Assembly (NCBI GenBank): GCA_051252135.1
Contig: JBPOGH010000001.1
Location: 352,001-416,000, forward strand
Direction of reading: 5' to 3'
DNA from: Verrucomicrobiaceae bacterium
GTDB lineage: Bacteria > Verrucomicrobiota > Verrucomicrobiia > Verrucomicrobiales > Akkermansiaceae
Length of the DNA stretch: 64,000 nt
Shown here: in pieces, positions 52,076 to 63,796 of the stretch
Position numbering within the stretch: position 1 is the first letter of the stretch
How the letters are laid out: the number at the start of each line of letters is the position of its first letter
Notes under the pieces: generated by a model
Told to the model about the DNA's origin: nothing
Seen by the model: the letters and a program-made list of their open reading frames with translations, nothing else
Databases searched by the model: none
Position numbers and translations under genes: made by a program

Positions 52076-52162
52076 TCAATCCCCAAACATCCACGTCAGC
52101 CGACGATGCCGCTTGGGTTCAAGTTTCAAAATCCTCCTTATCCGGCGAATCAACTTCTTCAT
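52076..52162 (-). CDS. Putative 28-aa cationic peptide MKKLIRRIRRILKLEPKRHRRLTWMFGD
   Basis: ATG-to-TGA ORF filling the operon gap with 11-nt spacers on both sides; below the ORF-track cut-off. Confidence 0.5.
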   Translation of the reverse strand: MKKLIRRIRRILKLEPKRHRRLTWMFGD

Positions 52163-52173
52163 CTCATCAGTTG

Positions 52174-52545
52174 TTAGAATTTTCCAAGGGGTGGCGGTGT
52201 CTGAACCGGTTGCTTCCTGATCTTGTTGAAAATCACGATATTGATGAAGTGCATCACCCCCAACACCAGCAGCACCACTCCGATCTTCCGGCTCAAGGCC
52301 TCAAAGATCCCGGTCACTCCGATCACCCGGAAATCCAGCTGCATGTAGAGTGTCACGAACCCGATGTTGATCAGGTAAAACCCCACCAATAAGAGGTGGT
52401 TCACACTATCCGCCATTTCGGTGTTTCCGTGGAAACAATCCACCAGGAAGATCCGTCCACTGCGGTGAAGGGTTTTCCCCACCCACACCGTGACAGGCAC
52501 GGCGATCGCGAGGTAAAGCATGTAAGTAGTTGCTATATCATTCAT
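52174..52545 (-). CDS. Conserved hypothetical 3-TM membrane protein
   Basis: L-RSG-IFL-D-F-GN-EMADSVNHLL-VGFYLIN-G and K-G--LLVLG-MH motifs. Confidence 0.8.
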   Translation of the reverse strand: MNDIATTYMLYLAIAVPVTVWVGKTLHRSGRIFLVDCFHGNTEMADSVNHLLLVGFYLINIGFVTLYMQLDFRVIGVTGIFEALSRKIGVVLLVLGVMHFINIVIFNKIRKQPVQTPPPLGKF

Positions 52546-52569
52546 TGTTTCAGTTTTTCTAGGGTTTGG

Positions 52570-53055
52570 TTAGTGGATCAATTCTTCACGCCATTCGTCT
52601 TTTTCGGCTTCGCAAAAGTCGCCCTCGCAAGCCACCTCCTCCATTCGGTGGAGCTCTGCCCTCACCTCCCGATCCTTCCGGCGAAAAAACACCTTGCTCA
52701 ATGCATGACGATTCGCCGCCAGCAGCCGACAAGCCCGGATCGCAATCGGCAGTAAACCCGGAGCTCCCAACCGACGGGCCGCCTTCCGGTAATGGGTGCA
52801 GCTGTAGAGGCACCACACCCAGGCCTCCGCCCCCCGGTAAAATTCCCCCTCACAAGTATGCACCACCATCTCTCTCGCCGGGTCCAGCGCATGAATCCCC
52901 GGGCAATGCTCTTCCGCTTCCGGCGCCTGATAGGGAGTAAAGCGTATCTCAAACGCCCTCTCCTGCTTGTTGATCCACTCATGAAAGGTGCAGCACATGC
53001 CGCATCGGCCATCGTAGAATACTTCGATCCATTTCGTATGTAGTGGGAGTTTCAT
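52570..53055 (-). CDS. DCC1-like thiol-disulfide oxidoreductase (DUF393)
   Basis: YDGRCGMC (DxxCxxC), G-EA and ANR motifs. Confidence 0.88.
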   Translation of the reverse strand: MKLPLHTKWIEVFYDGRCGMCCTFHEWINKQERAFEIRFTPYQAPEAEEHCPGIHALDPAREMVVHTCEGEFYRGAEAWVWCLYSCTHYRKAARRLGAPGLLPIAIRACRLLAANRHALSKVFFRRKDREVRAELHRMEEVACEGDFCEAEKDEWREELIH

Positions 53056-53074
53056 CTTCTTGTTTGTTTTGTTT

Positions 53075-53092
53075 TTTCAGGTTTTTCTGAAA
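53075..53092. promoter_or_regulatory. Operator copy 2 (TTTCAG-N6-CTGAAA)
   Basis: TTTCAG-GTTTTT-CTGAAA, 19 nt upstream of the DCC gene start. Confidence 0.7.
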
Positions 53093-53133
53093 GTTTGTTT
53101 CGTGGAAATTTGCTGTTTCAATCTGCTCTCGGA

Positions 53134-53655
53134 TTAGGAAAAGAATTTGAAGGCCAACTGCATCGCCTTCCCGTGCTGCATCCCGGCCACCCGATCTGCC
53201 ATCGACGACGCAAAAGCCACGAACTCTTCCAGCTCTTTCATCTGCTCGTGGAAAGCCTCCGCATTCCGCCCCTCCAGATCGGCGCTCTCATCGCGGCACT
53301 TTCGTAGCACCGCCAATGCAGGGTCAATCTCCCGACGCTTACGCTCCACCGTGATCCGGCGAAACATCTCCCAAACACCCTTCTCCGCCTCAAAAAACTC
53401 CTTCCGCTCACCCTTCTTCGTGACAATCCGCACCAAACCCCATCCCACCAAATCCTTCAAATTCGTATGCGCATTCCCCCGGCTGATCTCCAGCTCCTCC
53501 ATCACCTCATCCGTGCTCATCGCCTCTGCACTCGTCATCAGCAGGGCATGAATTTGTGCCATCGTCCGGTTAATCCCCCACTGCGCCCCCATCACCCCCC
53601 ACTGAGCCACAAACTCATCCCGAATCTTGGTCAACTTGGCCGCTTGCTCGCTCAT
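53134..53655 (-). CDS. GbsR/MarR family transcriptional regulator
   Basis: WG-MG-QWGINRTMAQIHALL, winged-helix ISRGNA-TN-K-L--WG and ERKRRE-DP motifs. Confidence 0.9.
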   Translation of the reverse strand: MSEQAAKLTKIRDEFVAQWGVMGAQWGINRTMAQIHALLMTSAEAMSTDEVMEELEISRGNAHTNLKDLVGWGLVRIVTKKGERKEFFEAEKGVWEMFRRITVERKRREIDPALAVLRKCRDESADLEGRNAEAFHEQMKELEEFVAFASSMADRVAGMQHGKAMQLAFKFFS

Positions 53656-53658
53656 CTG

Positions 53659-53676
53659 TTTCAGTATTTACTGAAA
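53659..53676. promoter_or_regulatory. Operator copy 1 (palindrome TTTCAGTA-TT-TACTGAAA)
   Basis: Perfect 8-bp arms, 3 nt upstream of the regulator ATG. Confidence 0.75.
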
Positions 53677-53836
53677 GTTCATTCACTCTGCAAGTTTTAT
53701 TTCCCTAAATTGAAATCCCCACATCGGTATGCCCCCTCAGGAACAAACATTCGCATTGCCGGCCCCCTCACAGGCCTTCCTGCAAATCACGAAACTCCGC
53801 CCCCCCAACTTTCCTAAAGAAACACAAACTTCATCC

Positions 53837-53864
53837 TTGCCAATCCCCCAATCCGCTCATAGCT
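53837..53864 (+). promoter_or_regulatory. Candidate sigma70 promoter of the small basic protein gene
   Basis: TTGCCA-16 bp-TAGCTT. Confidence 0.5.
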
Positions 53865-53892
53865 TCCGCGCCCCTAACCGGAACCTTGAACC

Positions 53893-54048
53893 ATGTCCAA
53901 GCACAATAGTCTGAAACGTAAAGGTGGAGCCACTGGAAAACGCTCTGTGATGAAGCGCTTTGAGCGCATTAAGGTCCTCAAGCAGCGTGGCGAATGGAAG
54001 GACGGCACCAGCCCCATCGGCCTGCCTAAGACCAAAGCCGAGGCATAG
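53893..54048 (+). CDS. PVC-superphylum signature small basic protein (TIGR04137-type), 51 aa
   Basis: MSKHNSLKRKGGATGKRSVMKRFERIKVLKQRGEWKDGTSPIGLPKTKAEA, with MS-H-SL, R-V-KR-ERI and GLPK motifs; absent from the ORF track. Confidence 0.9.
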   Translation: MSKHNSLKRKGGATGKRSVMKRFERIKVLKQRGEWKDGTSPIGLPKTKAEA

Positions 54049-54125
54049 CCTTCGCATTTTTTGATCTCTTTTAGGGGCGGAGCCACTTGGCTTCGCCTTT
54101 TTCGTGGTCTCTACCCCTCACTACT

Positions 54126-54842
54126 ATGGAAGAAGGAATCCGCCTCAACAAATATCTCGCCTCTTGCGGAGTCGGGTCACGCCGCGCCTGTGATGCCCTC
54201 GTCCAGCAGGGCGAAGTCATGGTCAATGGCGCCACTTGTATCAAACCTTCCTACCGTGTTCAACCGGGCGACCAGGTCCGCGCCTCCGGAAAACGGGTCG
54301 AACAGCTCAACGTCCAAAGCATCGTCCTCCATAAACCGGCAGGACTCGTCTGCTCCCGAAGCGACGAACTCCACCGCGATACCATCTACAACCTGCTCCC
54401 CGGTCGCCTCCACACCCTCCCTCACGTAGGACGTTTGGATCGCGACTCCGAAGGCCTCATCATTCTCAGCAATGATGGCGAGCTCTCCCAGGCCCTCACC
54501 CACCCCAAACACAAGGTTCCCAAGCTCTACCACGTTACCCTCGAACAAGCGTTCGAGAGCGAAATCCTCACCAAGTTTGAAGAAGGAGTTTACATCGAGG
54601 GCGGAAAGGCAAAGGCCCACTCGGTCAAGCGACTTTCCCCGCGCCGCATGGAAATCGTCCTCACCACCGGACTAAAACGCCAGATTCGCTACATGATGAA
54701 AGCTGTCCACCACCGTGTGAAACGACTCGTCAGACTCGAGATTGGCCCCCTCAAACTTGGTAGCCTGCGCCCCGGAAAATGGCGCCCCCTTACTCCGGAG
54801 GAACGCGACTCACTCCTCGAGATGGCCGGAAGCTCCAAATAG
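54126..54842 (+). CDS. rRNA pseudouridine synthase (RsuA/RluB family, S4 domain)
   Basis: RLNKYLA-GV-SRR, HKP-G, VGRLD (catalytic Asp) and RQIR-M motifs. Confidence 0.93.
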   Translation: MEEGIRLNKYLASCGVGSRRACDALVQQGEVMVNGATCIKPSYRVQPGDQVRASGKRVEQLNVQSIVLHKPAGLVCSRSDELHRDTIYNLLPGRLHTLPHVGRLDRDSEGLIILSNDGELSQALTHPKHKVPKLYHVTLEQAFESEILTKFEEGVYIEGGKAKAHSVKRLSPRRMEIVLTTGLKRQIRYMMKAVHHRVKRLVRLEIGPLKLGSLRPGKWRPLTPEERDSLLEMAGSSK

Positions 54843-54912
54843 GTTCATTCGGAAGTTCTTACTTTCCGGATTGTCCCATCTCATTTCACGTTGTTAGCTA
54901 GCTCCAGCAAAC

Positions 54913-56862
<1,950 letters not shown>

Positions 56863-56872
56863 CCCCTGTTTC

Positions 56873-57748
56873 ATGACCCGATTTCGATACGCCCTAGCCT
56901 CAATCATCCAGTCATTCGGAATTCACCGGAAGATGAAGCGAATGACCGATGCCGCGTATGAGCTCCACTTGATGCAGGAAGGAGAGGAGTTTTTGGGAGC
57001 CCTTTGTTGGCCCGAGGTCGAAGAGATTGAGGAAATCTCCATGGAATACTGGAGTATCCGACGAATCGTCCGCGAAAGGATCGGCCTGGAGGAAAAAATT
57101 GCCGAGGCCAACACCGTCCTTCATGCCGCGCATACCAAACGGGCATCCGTCGCAGATCGCTCCAAGGACATCGGCCAGGAACTGTTTAATCAAAGGGAAC
57201 GCCTGTTCGAACTTCTTGAGACCCTCAATATTGAACGGGATGGAATCATGTCCGACGCCCAGCAGGTGAAGCGTCGCTTTGAGGCCCTCAAAACCAAAGC
57301 CAGCGTTCTCAAGGACGAAGGTGAGATCAATTCCGGAGCCTATCAGGAAACGAGAGAAAAACTCGATGACCTGAAGGCTCAATTTAAAGGATTCAAACGC
57401 AAACTTACTCAAATCGACTCCCGCATCGATGTGAGACAGGAAGAGCTCTCCAAGCTGCAGGAGGACATCGATGAGAAGCTCCGCGGTAACAAGGACGAGG
57501 CCTCCGAGACCTTTGGTCAGATCAGCAAGGCCAACCGTGACATCACGGCCTCCAAGGCGGAAATGGGACTTTTGATCGAAGAACACGCCAAGCTCTGCCG
57601 TGAAGTTGGTCGCTATTTGAATCTCAACGCGAGGCTACCATCCTGCCAGAAGGCATGCAGTAGCCACCGGGGGCTCCTTGAGCAGATTCGCCTGCTCCGC
57701 CGTTCCATTCAATGGAACAAGAAGCTGGTCGAACGCTCCGGAGATTAA
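56873..57748 (+). CDS. Hypothetical coiled-coil protein
   Basis: 291-aa heptad-rich charged ORF, 10 nt after acs. Confidence 0.7.
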   Translation: MTRFRYALASIIQSFGIHRKMKRMTDAAYELHLMQEGEEFLGALCWPEVEEIEEISMEYWSIRRIVRERIGLEEKIAEANTVLHAAHTKRASVADRSKDIGQELFNQRERLFELLETLNIERDGIMSDAQQVKRRFEALKTKASVLKDEGEINSGAYQETREKLDDLKAQFKGFKRKLTQIDSRIDVRQEELSKLQEDIDEKLRGNKDEASETFGQISKANRDITASKAEMGLLIEEHAKLCREVGRYLNLNARLPSCQKACSSHRGLLEQIRLLRRSIQWNKKLVERSGD

Positions 57749-59130
57749 CTCTCCAATGCCGAAAGCAGCTTTTTGTGGATCCCACCAAATCCTCCGTTAC
57801 TGAGGACTGCGATCACATCCCCCTCCAGAGACTCTCCTGCCACAAGTGAGACAATATCGTCCACCTCATCGCAATACCAGGCCCGGGTGCCTCTTGCATT
57901 AAGATCGGACACCAACTTCTCGGGATTTAGTCGGTCCTCCTCAGCCACCTTTCCGGGATCTGGAACCGCAGGCAGGGCCACCAGGTCCGCTCCGGCCAAT
58001 GCATCGACCAAATCATCCTGGAAAATATTTCGGCGGGTCGTATTCGAGCGTGGCTCAAAAAGAACCCACAGCCGCCGACCCTCGTAACGCTGGCGAAGAC
58101 CTGTGATGGCCTGACCGATCGCCGTAGGATGATGGGCGAAGTCATCAATCACCGTAATGCCCTTAACAGTCCCCCTCTCCTCCTGACGTCTCGCAATTCC
58201 CTCGAAACTGGAAAGCCCCTTCTGAATCTGCTCCACCGAAAAACCCGAGAAACGGGCCGATGAGCAAGCCATTGCCGCATTGCGAACATTAAACTCCCCA
58301 ACCATGGGAATCTCGTAACTCGCCCCATCGAGCTCAAAACGACTGACATTGCTCAAATACTCGATGTTCCTAATCTGAAGATCACAATGCTCTCCCAAGC
58401 CCACTGTGCGCACCGGACAAGGTGCCCCCTTGGCCACGTCGAGGCAGTTCTGCTCATCTCCATTGACCAAAGCCAACCCGTTTCGGGGTACCACCTTAAG
58501 TTGTCTCTCAAAACTCAGCTTGATCTGCTCAAGGGAGTCAAAAATATCAGCATGGTCGAATTCGATATTGTTCACCACCACCACCTCGGGAAGATAGTGG
58601 AGAAACTTGGATCGCTTGTCGAAAAACGCGGTGTCATACTCGTCCCCCTCCATTACCACAAAATCAGAATCCGTAAAGCGGGCCCCTTGACCAAAATTGC
58701 GGGGAATCCCTCCAATCATGAAGCTCGGATTTTCCCCGGCCGACTCCAAAATCCAGGCCAACATCGAACTTGTCGTTGTCTTCCCATGGGTCCCACTCAT
58801 CACCAGATTCCGCCGTCCGCGCAAAAAATACTCCTTCAGCACTTCCGGGAGTGATTGATACCGAAGTCGGCGATCGAGTACCGCCTCGGCCTCCTCATTC
58901 CCTCGACTGATCGCATTGCCGATCACTACCGTGGTCGCTTCTGCTGGAATGTTTTCCGCCCGATATCCTTCAAAAATCGTAATCCCCTTCTCTTCCAGAA
59001 AGTCGGACATCGGAGGATAGGCGGCCTGATCGGAACCCGTGACCCGATACCCTTGTTCGGCCATTCCGGCCGCGACAGAACCCATGGCCGTGCCACAGAT
59101 CCCAATGAAGTGAAATTGTTCGTCTTTCAT
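57745..59130 (-). CDS. mpl: UDP-MurNAc:L-Ala-gamma-D-Glu-meso-DAP ligase (murein peptide ligase)
   Basis: HFIGICGTAM, GTHGKTTT, EGDEYDTAFFDKRSKF, DDFAHHP, EPRSNT and SNGGFGG motifs. Confidence 0.93.
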   Translation of the reverse strand: MKDEQFHFIGICGTAMGSVAAGMAEQGYRVTGSDQAAYPPMSDFLEEKGITIFEGYRAENIPAEATTVVIGNAISRGNEEAEAVLDRRLRYQSLPEVLKEYFLRGRRNLVMSGTHGKTTTSSMLAWILESAGENPSFMIGGIPRNFGQGARFTDSDFVVMEGDEYDTAFFDKRSKFLHYLPEVVVVNNIEFDHADIFDSLEQIKLSFERQLKVVPRNGLALVNGDEQNCLDVAKGAPCPVRTVGLGEHCDLQIRNIEYLSNVSRFELDGASYEIPMVGEFNVRNAAMACSSARFSGFSVEQIQKGLSSFEGIARRQEERGTVKGITVIDDFAHHPTAIGQAITGLRQRYEGRRLWVLFEPRSNTTRRNIFQDDLVDALAGADLVALPAVPDPGKVAEEDRLNPEKLVSDLNARGTRAWYCDEVDDIVSLVAGESLEGDVIAVLSNGGFGGIHKKLLSALES

Positions 59131-59137
59131 CGAAAAT

Positions 59138-60019
59138 TTAAAAACCGGGAGCTGCCACCCGTCCACTCTCACGCTCCTCAAGTCGCTCCTTGAGAATACG
59201 ATCAGCAATCTCCTTCACCATTTCCTCCAGAAGGAGTCGCAGGTGACTCCCTTTCCGGTAATCGGCGGGAGCAATGTGCTTCACGCGATCGGCGTGCGTG
59301 CAAAGCTGATAACATTTGCGGAAACTTCGGCCACTTGCATCCTTGGGATTGTAAACCGCGATGGCGTGCCCTCCGTTCTTCTTCATCACCGTAAAACACG
59401 GCACGTCCGTCGGACCATCTCCCACATAAACCATGTTTTGAAACGGAATGGGGCGCGCCTCCGAGGGCATGTGATCATTCACATCATCCTCGTGACCCAA
59501 CATCCCCTTGTTGATTCGGAAAAGATATTGCGTCTTTGTCGTGTGGGATATCGTCCGCTTGGGGAAACTAATCCTCCCGTGCTCGTCTTCACCAAATTCA
59601 CACCCGAATATCGCTCTCACCTTCTCTTTTAGGGAACACCCGTCCAGGAGAGCTTTCAGGCCTGAAGAAACAATATAGTGCTCCACCTTGATCCCCGCAG
59701 CCTCATGTTCAGGCCGGATACAGAATTCGCGAATCTCTTCGAACACCGTTTCGACACCTGGATAATAATTGAGCCCCCTCCCCAACTCGGTCAGGTCGGA
59801 ATTGGAGACATTATCCATACCCAAATAATCCAAAAGGCACTTCATATAGGCCAACTCACCATCCCAGGCCTGTTCATGAACGAGCTTATTGCACTTGCTC
59901 CAAAATTGCTCCGGACTGATCCCAAATTTGGGAAATAGAACGTCGTCCTGCATATACGCAGGGCTAAGCGTCTGGTCATAATCGTAAACCAACGCGATGG
60001 TGTTCTGGGGCACGGACAT
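59138..60019 (-). CDS. HAD-like hydrolase
   Basis: DYDQTL (DxDxT), VSSG, KTQ-LFRINKG and GDGPTD motifs. Confidence 0.88.
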   Translation of the reverse strand: MSVPQNTIALVYDYDQTLSPAYMQDDVLFPKFGISPEQFWSKCNKLVHEQAWDGELAYMKCLLDYLGMDNVSNSDLTELGRGLNYYPGVETVFEEIREFCIRPEHEAAGIKVEHYIVSSGLKALLDGCSLKEKVRAIFGCEFGEDEHGRISFPKRTISHTTKTQYLFRINKGMLGHEDDVNDHMPSEARPIPFQNMVYVGDGPTDVPCFTVMKKNGGHAIAVYNPKDASGRSFRKCYQLCTHADRVKHIAPADYRKGSHLRLLLEEMVKEIADRILKERLEERESGRVAAPGF

Positions 60020-60110
60020 TTCGTCGGGGAACATGCCTTGTTTGGATACGGAAGTCAAAGACGAGCTTTCTATCTCGTAAGCTTAATAAATATGAGTCCA
60101 ATCACCAACG

Positions 60111-60145
60111 AAAAAGGCCTATCCCCCGCGATGAAGGATAGGCCT
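60111..60145 (-). terminator. Intrinsic terminator after clpC
   Basis: Stem AGGCCTATCC/GGATAGGCCT with an A-run on + (U-tract on minus). Confidence 0.75.
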
Positions 60146-60164
60146 GATGAATTTTGAGAACTCT

Positions 60165-62684
60165 TTAAGACTCCGCGGAGGTCGCCGCTTCCTCGCCCTT
60201 TCGCTCCTGCGGAGTAAATGAGATCTTCTTGTCGTCGTCTTCAACGGCGGCCACCACAGTGTCTCCTTCCTGAATTCCGCCGGCAAGCAGAGCCTCGGCC
60301 AGCGGGTCCTCAAGGAACCGCTCAACCGCACGCCGCATGGGACGGGCTCCGTAAGCTGGATCATACCCCTCTTTGACCAGCAGGTCGCGGGCGGACTCAT
60401 CAAGAGTCAAGGTGATCTCTTTCGCTTCCAATCGATCAACCAGCTTGGAAACCTCAAGGTCCACAATCACATTGAGGTCCTTCTTCTCAAGCATGTGGAA
60501 GACAACCAATTCATCAAGACGGTTGAGGAACTCAGGACGGAAGTGCTTCTTCGCGACTTCCTCGATTTTACTCTTCATGCCCTCGAAATCAGCCTCGTCC
60601 TCATTCATCGCCCCAAAGCCAAGACTGGTCTGCCGCTTGATGCTCTCTGCTCCGACATTGGAAGTGAGAATAATGATGGTGTTCCTGAAATCGATTTTCC
60701 GGCCAAAACTGTCCGTGACCATGCCTTCCTCCAAAATCTGGAGTAGAAGATTCATCACATCAGGGTGCGCCTTCTCAATTTCGTCAAAAAGCACAACCGA
60801 ATAAGGACGCCGGCGCACCGCTTCGGAAAGCTGGCCTCCTTCTTCATAACCCACGTATCCCGGAGGAGAACCAATCAGTCGACTGGAAGTGAACTTCTCC
60901 ATGTACTCCGACATATCGAGTTGGATGAGCGCATCCGCATCGCCAAACATGAATTTCGCCAGGTTGCGGGCAAGGTAGGTCTTACCCACCCCCGTAGGTC
61001 CCAGGAATAGGAAAGAACCGATGGGCCTCTTCGGATCCTTGAGATCGGCACGGGACCGACGGAGCGCTTTCGAAATCGCCACCACAGCCTCGTCCTGACC
61101 AATAACGGTCTCCTGAAGATCCTTCTCCATATTGAGAAGCTTGGCCTTCTCTTTCTGTTCCATTCGCTGAAGTGGAACACCCGTCCATTTCGAAACGACG
61201 GACATGATGTCATCTTCACTGATCTCAACAATTTTCTCCTCGCTGACTCCACGCCAGCCCTCAAGTTGATCCTCCAAATCCTTCTTGGCCGTCTTCTCCT
61301 CATCACGAAGGGAAGCCGCTTTTTCAAAATCCTGATCATTGATCGCCTCAACTTTTTCCTCGTTGATCGTGGAAATCCGTGACTCGAGCTTCTTCAATTC
61401 AGGTGGCCGGGTCATTGTCCCAATCCGGGCCCGGGCTCCGGCTTCATCGACGACGTCGATCGCCTTATCCGGTAAAAATCGGGTTGTCAGATAGCGCGAG
61501 GTCAGCTTCACCGATGCCTCCAAAGCCTCCTCGGTGTAGTGCACCTTGTGGTGGCTTTCATACTTCTCCCGAAGCCCCTTCATGATCTCGATCGCGTCAT
61601 CGATGGAGGGCTCGTCCACTTTCACCTGTTGGAATCGACGCTCCAATGCCGCATCTTTTTCAATATGCTTCCGATACTCATTCATCGTGGTCGCTCCCAC
61701 ACATTGGAGCTCCGCGCGACTGAGTGCGGGCTTGATGATATTGGAAGCATCCATCGCACCTTCGGCAGAACCCGCACCAACAATCGTATGAAGCTCATCA
61801 ATGAAGAGGATCACATTCCCCACCTTCTTGATCTCATCCATCACCGCCTTGATGCGCTCTTCAAATTGTCCGCGGTATTTGGTTCCGGCAACCATCAACG
61901 CGAGATCAAGGGTGATGACCTTTTTATCACGGAGAATCTCCGGCACATCACCGGCGCAGATCTCCTGGGCAAGCCCCTCAACAATGGCCGTCTTTCCCAC
62001 TCCCGCTTCTCCCACAAGAACCGGGTTATTTTTGGTCCGTCGGCATAAAATTTGAATCACCCGTTCGATCTCACCACCACGTCCGATGACCGGATCCAGT
62101 TTTCCCTCTGCTGCGAGCTTGGTCAGATCTCTACCGAACGCCTTCAATGCCGGCGTCTTCGTCTTTCCCTCGTTCTCAATTTCGACGCCATCATCGTCAT
62201 CGTCATCATCGTCGAACTCAAAGTCATCATCCAGATCATCGGCTGAAAAATTGGGATCGATCTCGGCTAACACCTCGTTACGGGTGGTCTGCAAGTCGAC
62301 ATTGAGCCGCTCAAGCACACGGGCCGCCATTCCTTCGCCTTCCCGGAGGAGCCCCAGCAGAATATGCTCGGTTCCGACATAGGAATGCGAAAGTTGCTGA
62401 GCCTCCTTATTCGCCAGAGAAAGCACCTTCTTGACCCGGGGAGTGTAGGGAATATTGGTCGAAGCCTTCTGTTCGGGGCCGGTTCCAACCTCTTTCTCCA
62501 CCTCGCGGCGGACGTTTTCGAGCTCGAGGCCCATACGCTCCAACACGCTTACTGCCACTCCTTGGCCCAACTTAATGAGACCCAAAAGGACATGCTCGGT
62601 GCCGATGTAGTTGTGGTTGAAGCGATCAGCTTCCTTGCGGGCAAGTGCGAGGACTTGCTGGGCACGGGGAGTGAAATTGTTCAT
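60165..62684 (-). CDS. clpC: ATP-dependent Clp protease ATP-binding subunit ClpC
   Basis: Clp-N repeats, [11 protein letters not shown]-like middle domain, GPTGVGKT and YGARP; mcsB context. Confidence 0.95.
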   Translation of the reverse strand: MNNFTPRAQQVLALARKEADRFNHNYIGTEHVLLGLIKLGQGVAVSVLERMGLELENVRREVEKEVGTGPEQKASTNIPYTPRVKKVLSLANKEAQQLSHSYVGTEHILLGLLREGEGMAARVLERLNVDLQTTRNEVLAEIDPNFSADDLDDDFEFDDDDDDDDGVEIENEGKTKTPALKAFGRDLTKLAAEGKLDPVIGRGGEIERVIQILCRRTKNNPVLVGEAGVGKTAIVEGLAQEICAGDVPEILRDKKVITLDLALMVAGTKYRGQFEERIKAVMDEIKKVGNVILFIDELHTIVGAGSAEGAMDASNIIKPALSRAELQCVGATTMNEYRKHIEKDAALERRFQQVKVDEPSIDDAIEIMKGLREKYESHHKVHYTEEALEASVKLTSRYLTTRFLPDKAIDVVDEAGARARIGTMTRPPELKKLESRISTINEEKVEAINDQDFEKAASLRDEEKTAKKDLEDQLEGWRGVSEEKIVEISEDDIMSVVSKWTGVPLQRMEQKEKAKLLNMEKDLQETVIGQDEAVVAISKALRRSRADLKDPKRPIGSFLFLGPTGVGKTYLARNLAKFMFGDADALIQLDMSEYMEKFTSSRLIGSPPGYVGYEEGGQLSEAVRRRPYSVVLFDEIEKAHPDVMNLLLQILEEGMVTDSFGRKIDFRNTIIILTSNVGAESIKRQTSLGFGAMNEDEADFEGMKSKIEEVAKKHFRPEFLNRLDELVVFHMLEKKDLNVIVDLEVSKLVDRLEAKEITLTLDESARDLLVKEGYDPAYGARPMRRAVERFLEDPLAEALLAGGIQEGDTVVAAVEDDDKKISFTPQERKGEEAATSAES

Positions 62685-62707
62685 GAAAATAGTCGGGGGT
62701 CGAATTT

Positions 62708-63796
62708 CTAGCGTTCTTCTTTAATATCAATAGCAGGAGGAAGAACTGATTGCAACTGCTCGCGAATCATTTGTGCCCGCATCGCATCGCGCGTGTCGGG
62801 TGGCAGCTTGTTGCCCGCCCTCCATTGAAGATGGGCAGGCTGTGTTTCCATGAACAGCTGATCACAAATTTCCACCAGAGACTCCGGCAAAATAGTCAGG
62901 TCCGCACCCAGGCGAAGCATCGAGAGATGACCGAGCGCTTCCTTGGAATCAATGATTCTGGCACAGGTCAAAATGCCCGCCGCGCGACCAATCCGGTCCC
63001 GGACCATCAAGGGATCATCCTCCATCAGCTTTGCACGGGCTTGAATTTCATACCGCGCCACGTCACCGATCACCTTCGTCAGACGATTGAGAATTTGCTC
63101 CTCACTCTCCCCCAAAGTCGATTGATTCGAAATTTGGTAGAGATTTCCCAACGATTCGGTTCCCTCTCCATACAATCCCCTGACAGCAAGACCCAGCTTC
63201 CCGATCCCTTTAAGCACCTGACCAATCTGATCGCTCAGCACCAACGCCGGCAGGTGAAGCATAGAGGATGCCCTCATGCCCGTTCCAAGATTGGTTGGAC
63301 ACGCAGTCAAAAATCCCCATTGGGGATGAAATGCGTAGTCGACCTGCTCGCCCAAATACTCGTCGACCGATAGCGCTAGCTCATAGGCCTCCATCAGTTG
63401 CAAACTTGGCCGGATCGCCTGAATTCGAAGATGATCCTCCTCGTTGATCATCAGACTCAATGTCTGCTTCCGATTGACTACCGATCCACACCCTTCATTT
63501 CGCGCTGCTTGCTCACGACTAATTAGATGGCGCTCCACCAAAACCTGTTTTTGTAGGGAATCGAGATCCGAAAGTTCGTGGGAAAAGGCCTCTTTCATCG
63601 CCGGATGCTCTTCCAGTCGACCCTTCAACTCTTGCAAAACTTCCTGCCGTTGTCCCTTGCGGGCCCAGCCGGGAAAAGGCGTCTTCCTGAGATTTCTAGC
63701 CAACCGGACGCGACTCGTAACCACCACAGAGGTTTCGGCTTCGTGCCCGGTCATCCAATCAGCGGGATGCTTCAACAGAGTGGAAAAACGCATCAT
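62708..63796 (-). CDS. mcsB: Protein arginine kinase McsB
   Basis: [36 protein letters not shown] and QISNQ motifs. Confidence 0.95.
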   Translation of the reverse strand: MMRFSTLLKHPADWMTGHEAETSVVVTSRVRLARNLRKTPFPGWARKGQRQEVLQELKGRLEEHPAMKEAFSHELSDLDSLQKQVLVERHLISREQAARNEGCGSVVNRKQTLSLMINEEDHLRIQAIRPSLQLMEAYELALSVDEYLGEQVDYAFHPQWGFLTACPTNLGTGMRASSMLHLPALVLSDQIGQVLKGIGKLGLAVRGLYGEGTESLGNLYQISNQSTLGESEEQILNRLTKVIGDVARYEIQARAKLMEDDPLMVRDRIGRAAGILTCARIIDSKEALGHLSMLRLGADLTILPESLVEICDQLFMETQPAHLQWRAGNKLPPDTRDAMRAQMIREQLQSVLPPAIDIKEER

